Assembly: GCA_036149055.1 (NCBI GenBank)
Contig: JAYZQJ010000230.1
Coordinates: forward strand, 1-48,518
Length of the DNA stretch: 48,518 nucleotides
Direction: 5' to 3'
Source of the DNA: Myxococcota bacterium
GTDB lineage: Bacteria; Myxococcota_A; Polyangia; Polyangiales; Sandaracinaceae
Positions 19,601 to 29,059 of this stretch are shown piece after piece (the first letter of the stretch is position 1; the number at the start of each line of letters is the position of its first letter). Made by a program: the position numbers and the translations under genes. The notes under the pieces were generated by a model. That model saw only the letters and a list, made by a program, of their open reading frames with translations. It did not search any database and had not been told where the DNA came from.

Positions 19601-20190
19601 ATCGAAGTCATAGAGCCGATCCGGACCACGCGGAAGGTCAGGTTGAGGCGCGGGCCGACCGGGCGCTTCGTCTTGGGGACCCGGTGGGTGTGCGTGCGCT
19701 GGAGGGCGCCGCCCATCTCGAAGAGCGAGCCCTCGCCGAGCGCGTAGCCGACGGAGGGGCCGCCGGCGCGGGCCTTGAGCAGGAAGCGGCGCCGCGCGCC
19801 GAGCGAGATCGAGGCGATGCGGATGTCGTCCGGCGAGGGGCCCAGCTCGGGCTCGTCGTCGGCGTGGGCGCCCATCGAGTCGCGCCCGTCGCGGTAGTAG
19901 TTGGCGAGCACGCTGTTGAAGTCGACGCCGCAGGCCTCGCGCAGCCTCGCCCGCAGCGCCGAGAGCGCGGGGGTCCAGGGGGCGGGCGCGAAGGTCCGGC
20001 CCGAGTACGCGTAGCTGCAGCCGGGGTCGCCGTGCCAGCTGGTCAGGCGCGGCGTGGCGACCTCGCGGCCGAAGAGCACCAGGGTCTCGGCCCGGAGCGG
20101 CAGGGTCCGGACGAGCTCGTCCATGAGCGCCGCGTCGTCCTCGACGAAGCCCTCGCGGAGGCGCGCCCAGCCGTCCCCGAAGCGGTCCAT
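19588..20190 (-). CDS. AlkB-family (ALKBH2/3-like) 2OG-Fe(II) dioxygenase
   Basis: [31 protein letters not shown] (HxD), HRVPK, RLNLTFR; ATG at 20190 chosen. Confidence 0.9.
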   Translation of the reverse strand: MDRFGDGWARLREGFVEDDAALMDELVRTLPLRAETLVLFGREVATPRLTSWHGDPGCSYAYSGRTFAPAPWTPALSALRARLREACGVDFNSVLANYYRDGRDSMGAHADDEPELGPSPDDIRIASISLGARRRFLLKARAGGPSVGYALGEGSLFEMGGALQRTHTHRVPKTKRPVGPRLNLTFRVVRIGSMTSICSS

Positions 20191-20224
20191 GCCCGGAATC
20201 TGGCGTCTGCTATGTTCGCGCGCC

Positions 20225-20755
20225 ATGCGCATCCACAGCGAGTCCCTGATCCGTCACCCGCAGCAGAAGGTCTACGAGGCGTACCGCGACCGGCTGCCCG
20301 AGATCGCGGCCTACATCCCCGACGTGAAGGAGATCATCGTCGAGAAGCGCGAGGACGTGTCCGACGCGCGGACGAAGATCCACAACGTCTGGATCGCCGA
20401 CCGTGACATCCCCGCGTTCGCGAAGGCGTTCATCAAGCCGGAGATGCTCCGCTGGGACGACTACGCGGAGTGGCGCGACGACGAGCACTGCGTGCACTGG
20501 ACGCTGAAGCTGCGGGTCTTCACCGACCAGGTGACCTGCGGCGGCACCAACTGCTTCGTGGCCGCCGGGGACGGGCAGACCACGGTGCGGCTCGAGGGCG
20601 ACCTCGACATCGACCTCAAGAACATCCCCGGCGTGCCGCGCATGTTCGCGGGCGGGCTCAAGCCGAAGATCGAGAAGTTCATCGTCGGGCTGATCACGCC
20701 CAACCTGCAGAAGGTCAACGAGAGCCTCCAGCAGTTCCTCGACGAGAAGGGCTGA
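20225..20755 (+). CDS. START/SRPBCC-like (DUF2505-like) protein
   Basis: ATG at 20225; helix-grip-like pattern with C-terminal amphipathic helix; strong codon bias. Confidence 0.65.
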   Translation: MRIHSESLIRHPQQKVYEAYRDRLPEIAAYIPDVKEIIVEKREDVSDARTKIHNVWIADRDIPAFAKAFIKPEMLRWDDYAEWRDDEHCVHWTLKLRVFTDQVTCGGTNCFVAAGDGQTTVRLEGDLDIDLKNIPGVPRMFAGGLKPKIEKFIVGLITPNLQKVNESLQQFLDEKG

Positions 20756-21448
20756 TCAGCGCAGCCAGCGCGAGAAGCGCCACGGGCCGCTCGGCTCCTC
20801 GAGCCGGCTCTCGTGCACCCGGCGCAGACGATCCGAGAGGGCGGCCTCGCCCAGGAAGGCGTCTCCGCGGGCCCGCGGGTCGAGCTCGCCCTCGAAGACG
20901 CTCAGCAGCAGCTCGTCGACCGCGAGGGGCGCGTCGTAGAGGGGACGCGCGACGGAGGGCCCGGCCTCGATCGACACCGCGTCGGCGCGCTCCCGGAGCC
21001 ACGCGATCGCGCCCCGGGGGCTCGGCTCGTCGACCCCGACCACCTCGACGCGGTCGGGCAGCGAGAGGGACGCCGTGGCCTCCCGCGTGGTGTAGACGAC
21101 CGGCCGGGCCCAGCTCTCCCACACCGGGTGCGCGGCCGGCAGCGCGCCGCGGGTCAGCACGCAGACCCGGGGCGGCGCCTCGAGCCCCCGGGCCTCGCGC
21201 CAGCGCCGGAGCGGATCGGGCAGGTCGTAGCGGAGCTCGGGCTCCGCGCGCAGCACGCTGCCGCTGACCAGGATGGCGCCCACCCGGGCCCGGGTGAGGG
21301 AGAGCGCGAAGAAGTCCGCGTCCGACTTCGGGGCGTGCGGGCCGATCCGGATCACGTCCCGTCCGGCGACCGCGACGACGTGCACCACGCCGCGCGCGAG
21401 GCCGAGGGGCTGGCCGTAGAGGCCGCGGGCGCGTTCGTCGACGTCCAT
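20756..21448 (-). CDS. RibD C-terminal / dihydrofolate-reductase-like oxidoreductase
   Basis: RARVGAILVSGSVLRAE, IEAGPSVA, VDELLLSV; start uncertain. Confidence 0.75.
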   Translation of the reverse strand: MDVDERARGLYGQPLGLARGVVHVVAVAGRDVIRIGPHAPKSDADFFALSLTRARVGAILVSGSVLRAEPELRYDLPDPLRRWREARGLEAPPRVCVLTRGALPAAHPVWESWARPVVYTTREATASLSLPDRVEVVGVDEPSPRGAIAWLRERADAVSIEAGPSVARPLYDAPLAVDELLLSVFEGELDPRARGDAFLGEAALSDRLRRVHESRLEEPSGPWRFSRWLR

Positions 21449-21507
21449 CGAACGCTGCTTAGGGCCTCCACCGGGCAATTCCAATCCGGCTGTCCTACCA
21501 TGCCCCG

Positions 21508-22980
21508 GTGAGTCGTTCGCTTCTCTTCGCTGGGCTGGTGCTGCTGTTCGTGGGCTGCGCCTCGGGTGGATCCGAAGATGACGCGGGGGTCTCCCCCCCG
21601 ATCACCGACGGCGGGCGCGACGACGGCGGCGGGAGCGACGACGGGGGCCCGCCCGGCCCGAGCGACGCCGGTCCTCGCGACGCCGGTCCCCAGGACGCCG
21701 GTCCGAGCTGCGCGACCGCGGGCTGCGACCCGCTCGCCACCTGCGACGCCTCGAGCGGCGCCCCGGTCTGCACCTGCCCGGACGGCTACCAGGGCGACGG
21801 GACGAGCTGCGCCGACGTCGACGAGTGCGCCACCGGGGCGGCGGGCTGCGACCCGAACGCCACCTGCACGAACACCGAGGGCGGCTTCACCTGCGCCTGC
21901 GCGATGGGCTTCGAGGGCGACGGGACGAGCTGCACCGACGTCGACGAGTGCGCCACCGGCATGGCCACCTGCGACACCAACGCCACCTGCGCCAACGAGC
22001 CCGGCGGCTTCTCCTGCGCGTGCGACGCCGGCTTCATGGGCGACGGCTTCAGCTGCGTGGACATCAACGAGTGCGCGACCGGGGCCGCCGGCTGCCACAC
22101 GTTCGCGTCGTGCGAGAACAGCGCCGGCTCCTTCTCCTGCACCTGCATCGCCGGCTACACGGGCGACGGCTTCAGCTGCGCCGACGTGAACGAGTGCGCG
22201 ACCGGCGCGGCCGGCTGCGACGCCAACGCGAGCTGCACCAACACCCCCGGCTCGTTCAGCTGCCGCTGCAACCCGGGCTGGACCGGCAGCGGCACGAGCT
22301 GCAGCGACGTGAACGAGTGCGCCTCCGGCCTCGACGACTGCAGCGCCAACGCCACCTGCACCAACACGCCCGGCTCCTGGAGCTGCGCCTGTAACCCCGG
22401 CTTCACCGGCGACGGCCGGACCTGCACGCCGATCGGGCCGACCTGCACCCTCATCGACGGCTTCGAGGGCATGGGCACCACCTGGCCGCGCAGCCCCTGG
22501 GTCGTCGAGTCGACCGGGGGCACCATCGTGACCACCCCGGTGCGGGACGGCAGCTATGCGCTCCAGAACCCGGACTGGCACTACCGGACCGACGTCTCCG
22601 TCGGCGCCATCGGGGATCGCCTCGAGGCCTGGGTCCACAGCGCCAGCGGGACCGGCCGCGTCTACCTGGGCTTCGACGCCAACGCCTCCGGGGCCCGGAG
22701 CGCGGTCTTCGCGCCGAACACCAGCGAGCTGATCATCCAGCAGAACTCCAGCTACGGGTACGCCAACGAGGCGACCACCGCCGCGACCTTCAGCGCCTCC
22801 ACCTGGTACCGGCTCGAGGCCGAATTCCTCTCGGGCAACCAGGTGCGGGTCCGCGTCTACACCGCCGGCGGGAGCGTCGTGGCCACCACCACCCACACCT
22901 TCACCAGCTCCAACGTGGGCGGCGTGGCCATCCGCACGTTCAACGATCTCGTGGTCGACACCATCCGCGTCTGCCGCTGA
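21508..22980 (+). CDS. Lipoprotein with six tandem EGF-like domains (five Ca-binding type) and a C-terminal beta-sandwich
   Basis: Lipobox FVGC; ~41-aa repeats D[VI][DN]EC...C...CxNxxGxFxCxCxxG[FYW]xG. Confidence 0.9.
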   Translation: MSRSLLFAGLVLLFVGCASGGSEDDAGVSPPITDGGRDDGGGSDDGGPPGPSDAGPRDAGPQDAGPSCATAGCDPLATCDASSGAPVCTCPDGYQGDGTSCADVDECATGAAGCDPNATCTNTEGGFTCACAMGFEGDGTSCTDVDECATGMATCDTNATCANEPGGFSCACDAGFMGDGFSCVDINECATGAAGCHTFASCENSAGSFSCTCIAGYTGDGFSCADVNECATGAAGCDANASCTNTPGSFSCRCNPGWTGSGTSCSDVNECASGLDDCSANATCTNTPGSWSCACNPGFTGDGRTCTPIGPTCTLIDGFEGMGTTWPRSPWVVESTGGTIVTTPVRDGSYALQNPDWHYRTDVSVGAIGDRLEAWVHSASGTGRVYLGFDANASGARSAVFAPNTSELIIQQNSSYGYANEATTAATFSASTWYRLEAEFLSGNQVRVRVYTAGGSVVATTTHTFTSSNVGGVAIRTFNDLVVDTIRVCR

Positions 22981-23025
22981 CGGTTTGCCGGGGCGGCCCG
23001 GGTCTCCTAGCTTTCGCCGTTCGCC

Positions 23026-24447
23026 ATGACGAAGCGGTACATCGTCCAGACCATGGGCTGCCAGATGAACGTCCACGACTCGCGTCGGATCGAGGAGGTC
23101 CTGCGCGGCGCGGGCTGGCAGGCGACCGAGGAGTCGAGCCTCGCGGATCTGGTGATCTTCAACACCTGCTCCATCCGCGAGAAGGCCGAGCACAAGCTGA
23201 TGAGCGCGCTCGGGACCGTCCGGCCGCTCAAGGACGCCCGCAAGGACGTGGTGATCGCGGTCGCCGGCTGCGTCGCTCAGCAGGAGGGCGAGAGCCTGCT
23301 GAAGAAGGCCCGCTTCGTCGACGTCGTGCTCGGCCCGGACAACATCCCGGAGCTGCCGGCCCTGGTCGACCACGCGCGGCGCGGCGGGGCCCCGATCGCG
23401 CGGACCGTCTTCGACGTGCACGCGCCCGCCTTCCTCGACGCGACGCCCGACCCGACCCGGCTCGAGGTCACCGCCTTCGTGACGGTCATGAAGGGCTGCG
23501 ACGAGCGCTGCACCTACTGCATCGTGCCGCACACCCGCGGCCCGGAGCGCTACCGCAGCGCCGACGAGATCGTGCGCGAGGTCGGCGCGATGGTCGCGGG
23601 CGGCGTGCGCGAGGTCACCCTGCTCGGCCAGACGGTGAACTCCTGGTTCGAGCCCGACGCGGAGACGACGCCGGCCTCGGAGGCGCCCAGGTGGCAGGGC
23701 AGCGTGGTCGAGACGAGCCAGTTCGCCGAGCTGCTGCGCCGCATCGCGCGGGAGGTGCCCGACCTGGCCCGCCTCCGCTACACCTCGCCGCACCCGCGCC
23801 ACCTGACCGACGCGCTCATCGACGCGCACGCCGAGCTCGACGTGCTCTCGGACCACCTGCACCTGCCGGTGCAGTCCGGGAGCGACCGCGTGCTCAAGCG
23901 CATGCTCCGCCGCTACACCCGCGAGCTCTACCTCGAGCGGCTCGCCAAGCTCCGCGCCCGGGTGCCCGGCCTGACCCTCAGCACCGACGTCATCGTCGGC
24001 TTCCCGGGCGAGACCGAGGCGGAGTTCGAGGAGACGCTCTCGCTGGTGCGGGGGGCGGGCTTCACCGCCGCCTTCGCCTTCAAGTACTCGCCCCGCCCCT
24101 ACACCCCGGCGCTGAAGCTCGGCGACGACGTGCCCGAAGAGGTGAAGGACGAGCGGCTCCAGCGCCTCTTCGAGGTGGTGGGCGAGCAGCAGCGCGCGCA
24201 CCTCGACGCGCTCGTCGGCACCCGTCAGCGCGTGCTGATCGAGGGGCCGAGCCGGGACGGCGCGCGCTTCACCGGGCGCACCCACCGCAACGAGATCGTG
24301 CATGTGGCCGGGCCCGACGGGGTCGACCTGACCGGGCGTTTGCTGGACGTCACCATCGACAAGGCGAACAAGCACTCGCTGATGGGCGCGGTGGAGGGGG
24401 CGCTCGCGCCGCGCAAGCGGCTGCCGGTCCTCGGGGGCGCGGCGTGA
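23026..24447 (+). CDS. miaB: tRNA-i6A37 methylthiotransferase
   Basis: TMGCQMNVHDS, NTCSIREKAE, radical SAM CDERCTYC, HLPVQSGS, C-terminal TRAM. Confidence 0.96.
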   Translation: MTKRYIVQTMGCQMNVHDSRRIEEVLRGAGWQATEESSLADLVIFNTCSIREKAEHKLMSALGTVRPLKDARKDVVIAVAGCVAQQEGESLLKKARFVDVVLGPDNIPELPALVDHARRGGAPIARTVFDVHAPAFLDATPDPTRLEVTAFVTVMKGCDERCTYCIVPHTRGPERYRSADEIVREVGAMVAGGVREVTLLGQTVNSWFEPDAETTPASEAPRWQGSVVETSQFAELLRRIAREVPDLARLRYTSPHPRHLTDALIDAHAELDVLSDHLHLPVQSGSDRVLKRMLRRYTRELYLERLAKLRARVPGLTLSTDVIVGFPGETEAEFEETLSLVRGAGFTAAFAFKYSPRPYTPALKLGDDVPEEVKDERLQRLFEVVGEQQRAHLDALVGTRQRVLIEGPSRDGARFTGRTHRNEIVHVAGPDGVDLTGRLLDVTIDKANKHSLMGAVEGALAPRKRLPVLGGAA

Positions 24448-24848
24448 AGCTCGCCTTCGCCTGGGCGCCGGCGGTCCTCTACATGGCGCTCATCTGGGTC
24501 CTCAGCTCGATGGAGCTGAGCGAGATCTCGGTCGACGAGTTCCCGCTGCGCGACAAGGGCGTGCACATGGTCGAGTACGGCGTGCTCGGCTTCCTGGTCG
24601 CCCACGCCGCGCTCCGCACCTGGCCGCGCCGGCCGCCGTGGCGGACGTTCTCGGTGGCGGTCTGGATCACCGTGCTCTGGGGCCTGCTCGACGAGGTGCA
24701 CCAGGCGTTCGTGCCGGGGCGCTCCTCCGAGGTGCTCGACCTGGTGGCCGACTCGCTGGGCGCCCTCGGCGGCGCCGGCGCGCGCCACGCCATCGCGTTG
24801 GCCGCGCGCATCACCGCGCCGAGGGCGGCCGAGGAGAGCCGACGATGA
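24444..24848 (+). CDS. VanZ family membrane protein
   Basis: DKGVHMVEYGVL, DEVHQAFVPGR, DLVAD; GTGA overlap with miaB. Confidence 0.88.
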   Translation: MKLAFAWAPAVLYMALIWVLSSMELSEISVDEFPLRDKGVHMVEYGVLGFLVAHAALRTWPRRPPWRTFSVAVWITVLWGLLDEVHQAFVPGRSSEVLDLVADSLGALGGAGARHAIALAARITAPRAAEESRR

Positions 24849-25360
24849 GCCTGTTCCCCTACCGCGGGCACATGCCCGTCGTGCACCCGAGCGGCTACGT
24901 CGCCCCGACCGCGTCGATCATCGGCGCGGTGACCGTGGGCGAGGAGAGCAGCGTGTGGTTCGGCGCCGCCATCCGCGGCGACGTGATGCCGATCCACGTC
25001 GGGTCCCGCACCTCCATCCAGGACAACGCGGTGGTGCACGCGACCCACGACTGGCAGGAGACGCGCATCGGCGACGACTGCACGGTGGGCCACGGCGTGA
25101 TCCTGCACGGCTGTCACATCCACGACCGCGTGCTCGTCGGCATGGGCACCATCGTGCTCGACGCGGCCGAGATCGGGGAGGACGTCATCCTCGGCGCCGG
25201 CTCGCTGGTGACCGCGCGCACCCGGATCCCGCCGGGGGTCATGGCCTTCGGTCGGCCGGCGAAGCCGGTGCGGGACCTGACGGACGCCGAGCGCGCGTCC
25301 ATCCGCGAGGCGGCCGCGCACTACCAGAAGCTGGTCCGCGACTACCGCGGCGGCGCGTAG
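24845..25360 (+). CDS. Gamma carbonic anhydrase family (YrdA-like) hexapeptide-repeat protein
   Basis: SSVWFGAAIRGD, IQDNAVVH, TVGHGVILHGC; ATGA overlap. Confidence 0.92.
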   Translation: MSLFPYRGHMPVVHPSGYVAPTASIIGAVTVGEESSVWFGAAIRGDVMPIHVGSRTSIQDNAVVHATHDWQETRIGDDCTVGHGVILHGCHIHDRVLVGMGTIVLDAAEIGEDVILGAGSLVTARTRIPPGVMAFGRPAKPVRDLTDAERASIREAAAHYQKLVRDYRGGA

Positions 25361-27099
25361 CGGGCGCGCCCTTCGACCCCGAGGTAGCCGCCGTCCTCGG
25401 TGATCGCGGTGGGGGTCAGCGCGAAGCCGGCGAGGCTCGGGACCGGCACCGGGCCGAGCGCCACCAGCGAGTCTCCGAGCGGCGCGAGCAACGCGCCCAC
25501 GAGCCGGTCGAGGCGTTCCCCCTCCGGGCCGCCGGTCGGCCCGACCACGTCGGCGCGCGCGCTCAGCTCGCCCGGTCGCAGCGAGATGCCCGCGTCGCTC
25601 AGCGTCGCCTCCACCGGGGCCGACAGCGCGATCGAGATCGCGCCGAGCGGCGCGCGCTCTCCGCCCGAGATCGCGAACGCGGTCGCGCGCACGTCCACCA
25701 GCTCGACCGTGGCTCCGCCCGGACCGAAGGAGACCACCGGGGGCAGCGGGTAGCTCAGCTCCAGCTCGACCGGGGCGTCCGAGGGGTGGGCCCGCGCGGC
25801 GACCGGGAAGAGCAGGGCGACCTGGCTCACGGTCAGCCCGGCGGTCTGCCGCGCGATCTCCGTCTGCTGCGCCTCGAAGAGCCCGCTCTGCCAGGCGGCG
25901 AAGGCGGCGGCGTTGAGGGTGTCGACCGAGACGTCCACCGCGAGGTCGCTCTCGTGCAGGGGCGGCTGCTCGTCGGCGAGCCCCACGAGGACGCCTCGCG
26001 CCGCGCGCTCGGCCAGCGCGTCCTCCGGGGTCAGCGCGAGGTCGGCCGCGGCCCAGAGGCCGTCCGGGCTCACGATCACCTCGAAGTCGGTCGCCTCGAG
26101 GGCGACGTCGACCCCGAGCACGTCGAAGCGGCTCCGGATCGGCATTTGCGAGACGAGGTCCCGGAGCAGCGGCGTCAGCGCGTCGCGGGCCGCGTCCTCC
26201 ACCGCCGCCTCCACCCGGCCGCGCACCGCGTCTCGCACCGCGCCGAGGTCCTCGAGCACCGAGGGCACGTAGCTGACGTCGAAGGAGAAGCCGGTCAGCC
26301 GGACGGCCACGTCGCGCAGCTGCACCGACGGGCGCCCCGCCACCACCGACAGCGAGGCGGTGGCGGTGAACACGGCCCTCCGGCTCTCGAGCCGGGCGTC
26401 CACGTCGCCGCCGAGGCGGGGATCGAGGGTCGCGTCCACCGCGAGATCCGCGATGGCCACCTCGGCGTCGAGCTCCCCGTCGCGCGGGGTGAGGGTCACG
26501 GTGGCGGTACCGTGGGACTCGCCGTCGATGTCGGCGCGGCCCCAGAAGCCGGAGGCGACCGGGTTGCCGGCGGTGACCTCGCGGTCGAAGTCGGTGCGGG
26601 TCAGGATCAGGCCGCCCGCGCGCCCGGCCTCGTCGAGCGCCCCGCGGCCGACGGTGAGGGCGGCGGCGTTGACGATCGGGGCGCCGGTCTCGGCGAAGGT
26701 GCCCACCACCGCGGCGGCGCTGCGCACGCTCTGGTTGCCAGCCTCGTCGGTGGCGACGATGCGCACCCGCTGCGCGCCGGGCGCCACCGCGCGGGTCACG
26801 GTGAACGCGCCGTCGGCGGCCACCGGGACCAGCTCGCCGTCGACGGTCACGGTCACCGAGCTGCCGTCTTCGACCCGCCCGCTCACCGTCAGGCTCTCGC
26901 CCTCGATGAAGGCGCCGACCTCGGGGCTCTCGATCACGATCCGGGGCGCCTCCGCGTCGCGCGCGGGCGGGGTGGGAGGCGCGGGCGCGTCGGGGCCCTC
27001 GCTGACCACACGCCCGACCACGCAGCCCGAGAGGGAAGCGGAGAGGCAGGCAGAGACGAGCATCGGGGCCAGGAGCAGCGACGAGGACGGCAGACGCAT
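25342..27099 (-). CDS. Putative lipoprotein with Ig-like domain and LBP/BPI (TULIP)-like region
   Basis: ATG at 27099, SLSGC lipobox; Ig-like (PRIVIESP...ATDEAGNQS); AALTVGRGALD and DLAVDVSVDTLNAAAFAAWQSGLF resemble BPI N- and C-domain patterns. Confidence 0.6.
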   Translation of the reverse strand: MRLPSSSLLLAPMLVSACLSASLSGCVVGRVVSEGPDAPAPPTPPARDAEAPRIVIESPEVGAFIEGESLTVSGRVEDGSSVTVTVDGELVPVAADGAFTVTRAVAPGAQRVRIVATDEAGNQSVRSAAAVVGTFAETGAPIVNAAALTVGRGALDEAGRAGGLILTRTDFDREVTAGNPVASGFWGRADIDGESHGTATVTLTPRDGELDAEVAIADLAVDATLDPRLGGDVDARLESRRAVFTATASLSVVAGRPSVQLRDVAVRLTGFSFDVSYVPSVLEDLGAVRDAVRGRVEAAVEDAARDALTPLLRDLVSQMPIRSRFDVLGVDVALEATDFEVIVSPDGLWAAADLALTPEDALAERAARGVLVGLADEQPPLHESDLAVDVSVDTLNAAAFAAWQSGLFEAQQTEIARQTAGLTVSQVALLFPVAARAHPSDAPVELELSYPLPPVVSFGPGGATVELVDVRATAFAISGGERAPLGAISIALSAPVEATLSDAGISLRPGELSARADVVGPTGGPEGERLDRLVGALLAPLGDSLVALGPVPVPSLAGFALTPTAITEDGGYLGVEGRARYAPPR

Positions 27100-27206
27100 G
27101 TCCCCGGACAGGGCAATCGGCGTGCCGAGCGAGAACTCACGGCTCCGGCCCGGTGACGGTCGACCGGGCGGAGCGCGGCGGGCTCCGGGGCCCCACGTGG
27201 TGGCGT

Positions 27207-27875
27207 CTACGGAGGCCAGGAGGCCGCGACGAGGATCGGCAGCGCCAGACAGACCCCGAGCGCGACCAGGGCGATCTGCCCCAGGGAGAGCCGCACCGCG
27301 GTGGTCCCCACGCCGACGCGCTCCGGCTGTCGATAGACGAGGAGCGCCACGAAGCCGACCGGCCACGCGACCGCGCTCCCGATCCAGACCGCCCAGCGCT
27401 CCGGGCCCGCCGGCTCGAGCCCGGTCGCGGGCTCGGCGGCGATCCGATCGCGCCGGGCCCCGCTCCAGCGCCACGCGAACCCGAGCGCCATGCAGAACGA
27501 GCCGGCGACGATCAGGCAGGCCATCACCACGATCGGCAGCGGACTCTCGTCGCCCGCCACGACGATGCCGCAGGCGCCGATCGTCGCGAGGGAGAAGTGC
27601 GCCACCAGGATCCAGTAGGCGTTGCGCCCGAGCCGCGCGTGCTCGCGTTTGAACAAGCCGTACGCGGCCATCGCCATCGCGGCGAGCCACACGGTGGACG
27701 CCCCGGCGTAGAACAGCGCCGCGTGCTCCGCCGACGGCACGGCGCTCCGCCCGAGCTCCGCCTCGACCTTCCGCACCCGCCGCTCGACGAGCCACCCGGC
27801 CCCGCCGGCCATCGCCGCCCACGAGCCCACGCAGCACGCGCTCGCGCAGATCGCCGCCGCCACGTCATGCGCCAT
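27207..27875 (-). CDS. Hypothetical integral membrane protein
   Basis: About 6 hydrophobic segments; TACGCT hexamer 7 nt upstream of ATG. Confidence 0.65.
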   Translation of the reverse strand: MAHDVAAAICASACCVGSWAAMAGGAGWLVERRVRKVEAELGRSAVPSAEHAALFYAGASTVWLAAMAMAAYGLFKREHARLGRNAYWILVAHFSLATIGACGIVVAGDESPLPIVVMACLIVAGSFCMALGFAWRWSGARRDRIAAEPATGLEPAGPERWAVWIGSAVAWPVGFVALLVYRQPERVGVGTTAVRLSLGQIALVALGVCLALPILVAASWPP

Positions 27876-27954
27876 GCCGGCGAGCGTACGTCAGCCACCG
27901 CCTCCTCTTCCCCGTTTCTTGCCGCCGCGCCGGTCTCGACGGCTGCCTCTTCGG

Positions 27955-28210
27955 CTCTCGCCAAGGCGCGAAGCCGCCCAAGGGGTTCGGGGGCGTCGGG
28001 ATGGCGGCTCGCCGGGGTGTGGCTTCTGCTGGGGCCTCGTCGGCTGTCTATTTGGCTCTCGCCAAGGCGCGAAGCCGCCAAGAGGTTTGGGGGCGTCGGG
28101 ATGGTGGCTCGCCGGGGGGTGGTGATCGCTATTGGTTCGGCGGCTGTCTATTTGTCTCTCGCAGAGTCGCAGAGCCGCAGAGGGGCGTCGGGACGGCGGC
28201 TCGCCCAGGT
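27955..28210 (+). repeat. Three forward units (~100 bp) of the triplicated-8-mer repeat family
   Basis: Triplets at 27959, 28060 and 28160, each followed by GGCGTCGGGA[TC]GG[CT]GGCTCGCC. Confidence 0.9.
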
Positions 28211-28299
28211 GTGGCGGTCGCTAGCCAGCGTCAGCTCGCCCAGTGCGCGCGAGCGGCGGAGGTCTCGGCACGAGGTGGCAAGAGGCCTTCTCGAATCCG

Positions 28300-29015
28300 G
28301 GCCCGTCCCTTTGCGTCTTTGCGTCTTTGCGTGACTAAAATTGACGCCGGCCAGCGCTCGTCGAGCGGGAGGGCGGCTCGGCACGCGGCGGCGAGTCACC
28401 GTCCCGCGGCCATGCCCGTCTCTGCGCCTCTGCGCCTCTGCGTGAAATTTTGTCCGGCGCAGGCAGCGAGCGGACAGCGGTGGGCGTCACGGAACCAGGC
28501 GGCGAGCCGCCGTCCCGCGGCCTAGCCCGCCCCCCTTAGCGGCTTGGCGGCTTGGCGAGAGTAAAAATTGACGAGGCGGTCAGGCGCCGAGCCGCGGGCG
28601 TCCCGGACGCGCCGGCGAGTCCCCGTCCCGCGGCCGCGCCCGTCTCTGCGCCTCTGCGCCTCTGCGTGAGAACTGTCCGGCGCCGGCCAGCGAGCGGAGA
28701 GCGGTGGACGTCTCGGGACGGGGCGGCGTGTCCCCATCCCGCGGCCCGTCTCGCCCCTTTGCGGCTTGGCGGCTTGGCGAGAGTAAAGTTGACGCCGCAA
28801 TCGTGCGCCGAGCGGAGGGCGTTTCGGCACGCGCCGGCGAGTCCCCGTCCCGCGGCCGCGCCCGTCTCTGCGCCTCTGCGCCTCTGCGTGAAATTTGTCC
28901 GGCGCCGGCCAACGAGCGGCGAGCCGTGGGCGTATCGAGACGAGGCGGCGTATCACCGTCCCCCTAGCCCGAGCTTTTGCGGCCTGGCGGCTTGGCGAGA
29001 GTGAGAAGTGACGCC
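28300..29015 (-). repeat. Seven reverse-oriented units (109-115 bp) of the same family, with alternating A/B subtypes
   Basis: Triplets at 28309, 28420, 28535, 28644, 28757, 28866, 28975; CTCTGCGC-type units alternate with CTT[TGA]GCG[GT]-type units. Confidence 0.92.
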
Positions 29016-29059
29016 GCCTTCAGGCGCCCACGCGTGAGCCGTCGAGCACGGACGGTGGG

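Noticed and set aside
27874..29004. Small ORFs inside the repeat arrays (e.g. 28522-28956, 28001-28525, 16702-17181)
   Set aside because: They are translations of the DNA repeat (HAEAQRRR, SRQAAK) in inconsistent frames.
27955..29015. CRISPR or TIGR-like array
   Set aside because: Period ~100-115 bp, degenerate repeats, mutually homologous inter-repeat segments, mixed orientation, and no cas or Nop-domain gene in the window. The same applies to 16831-17100.
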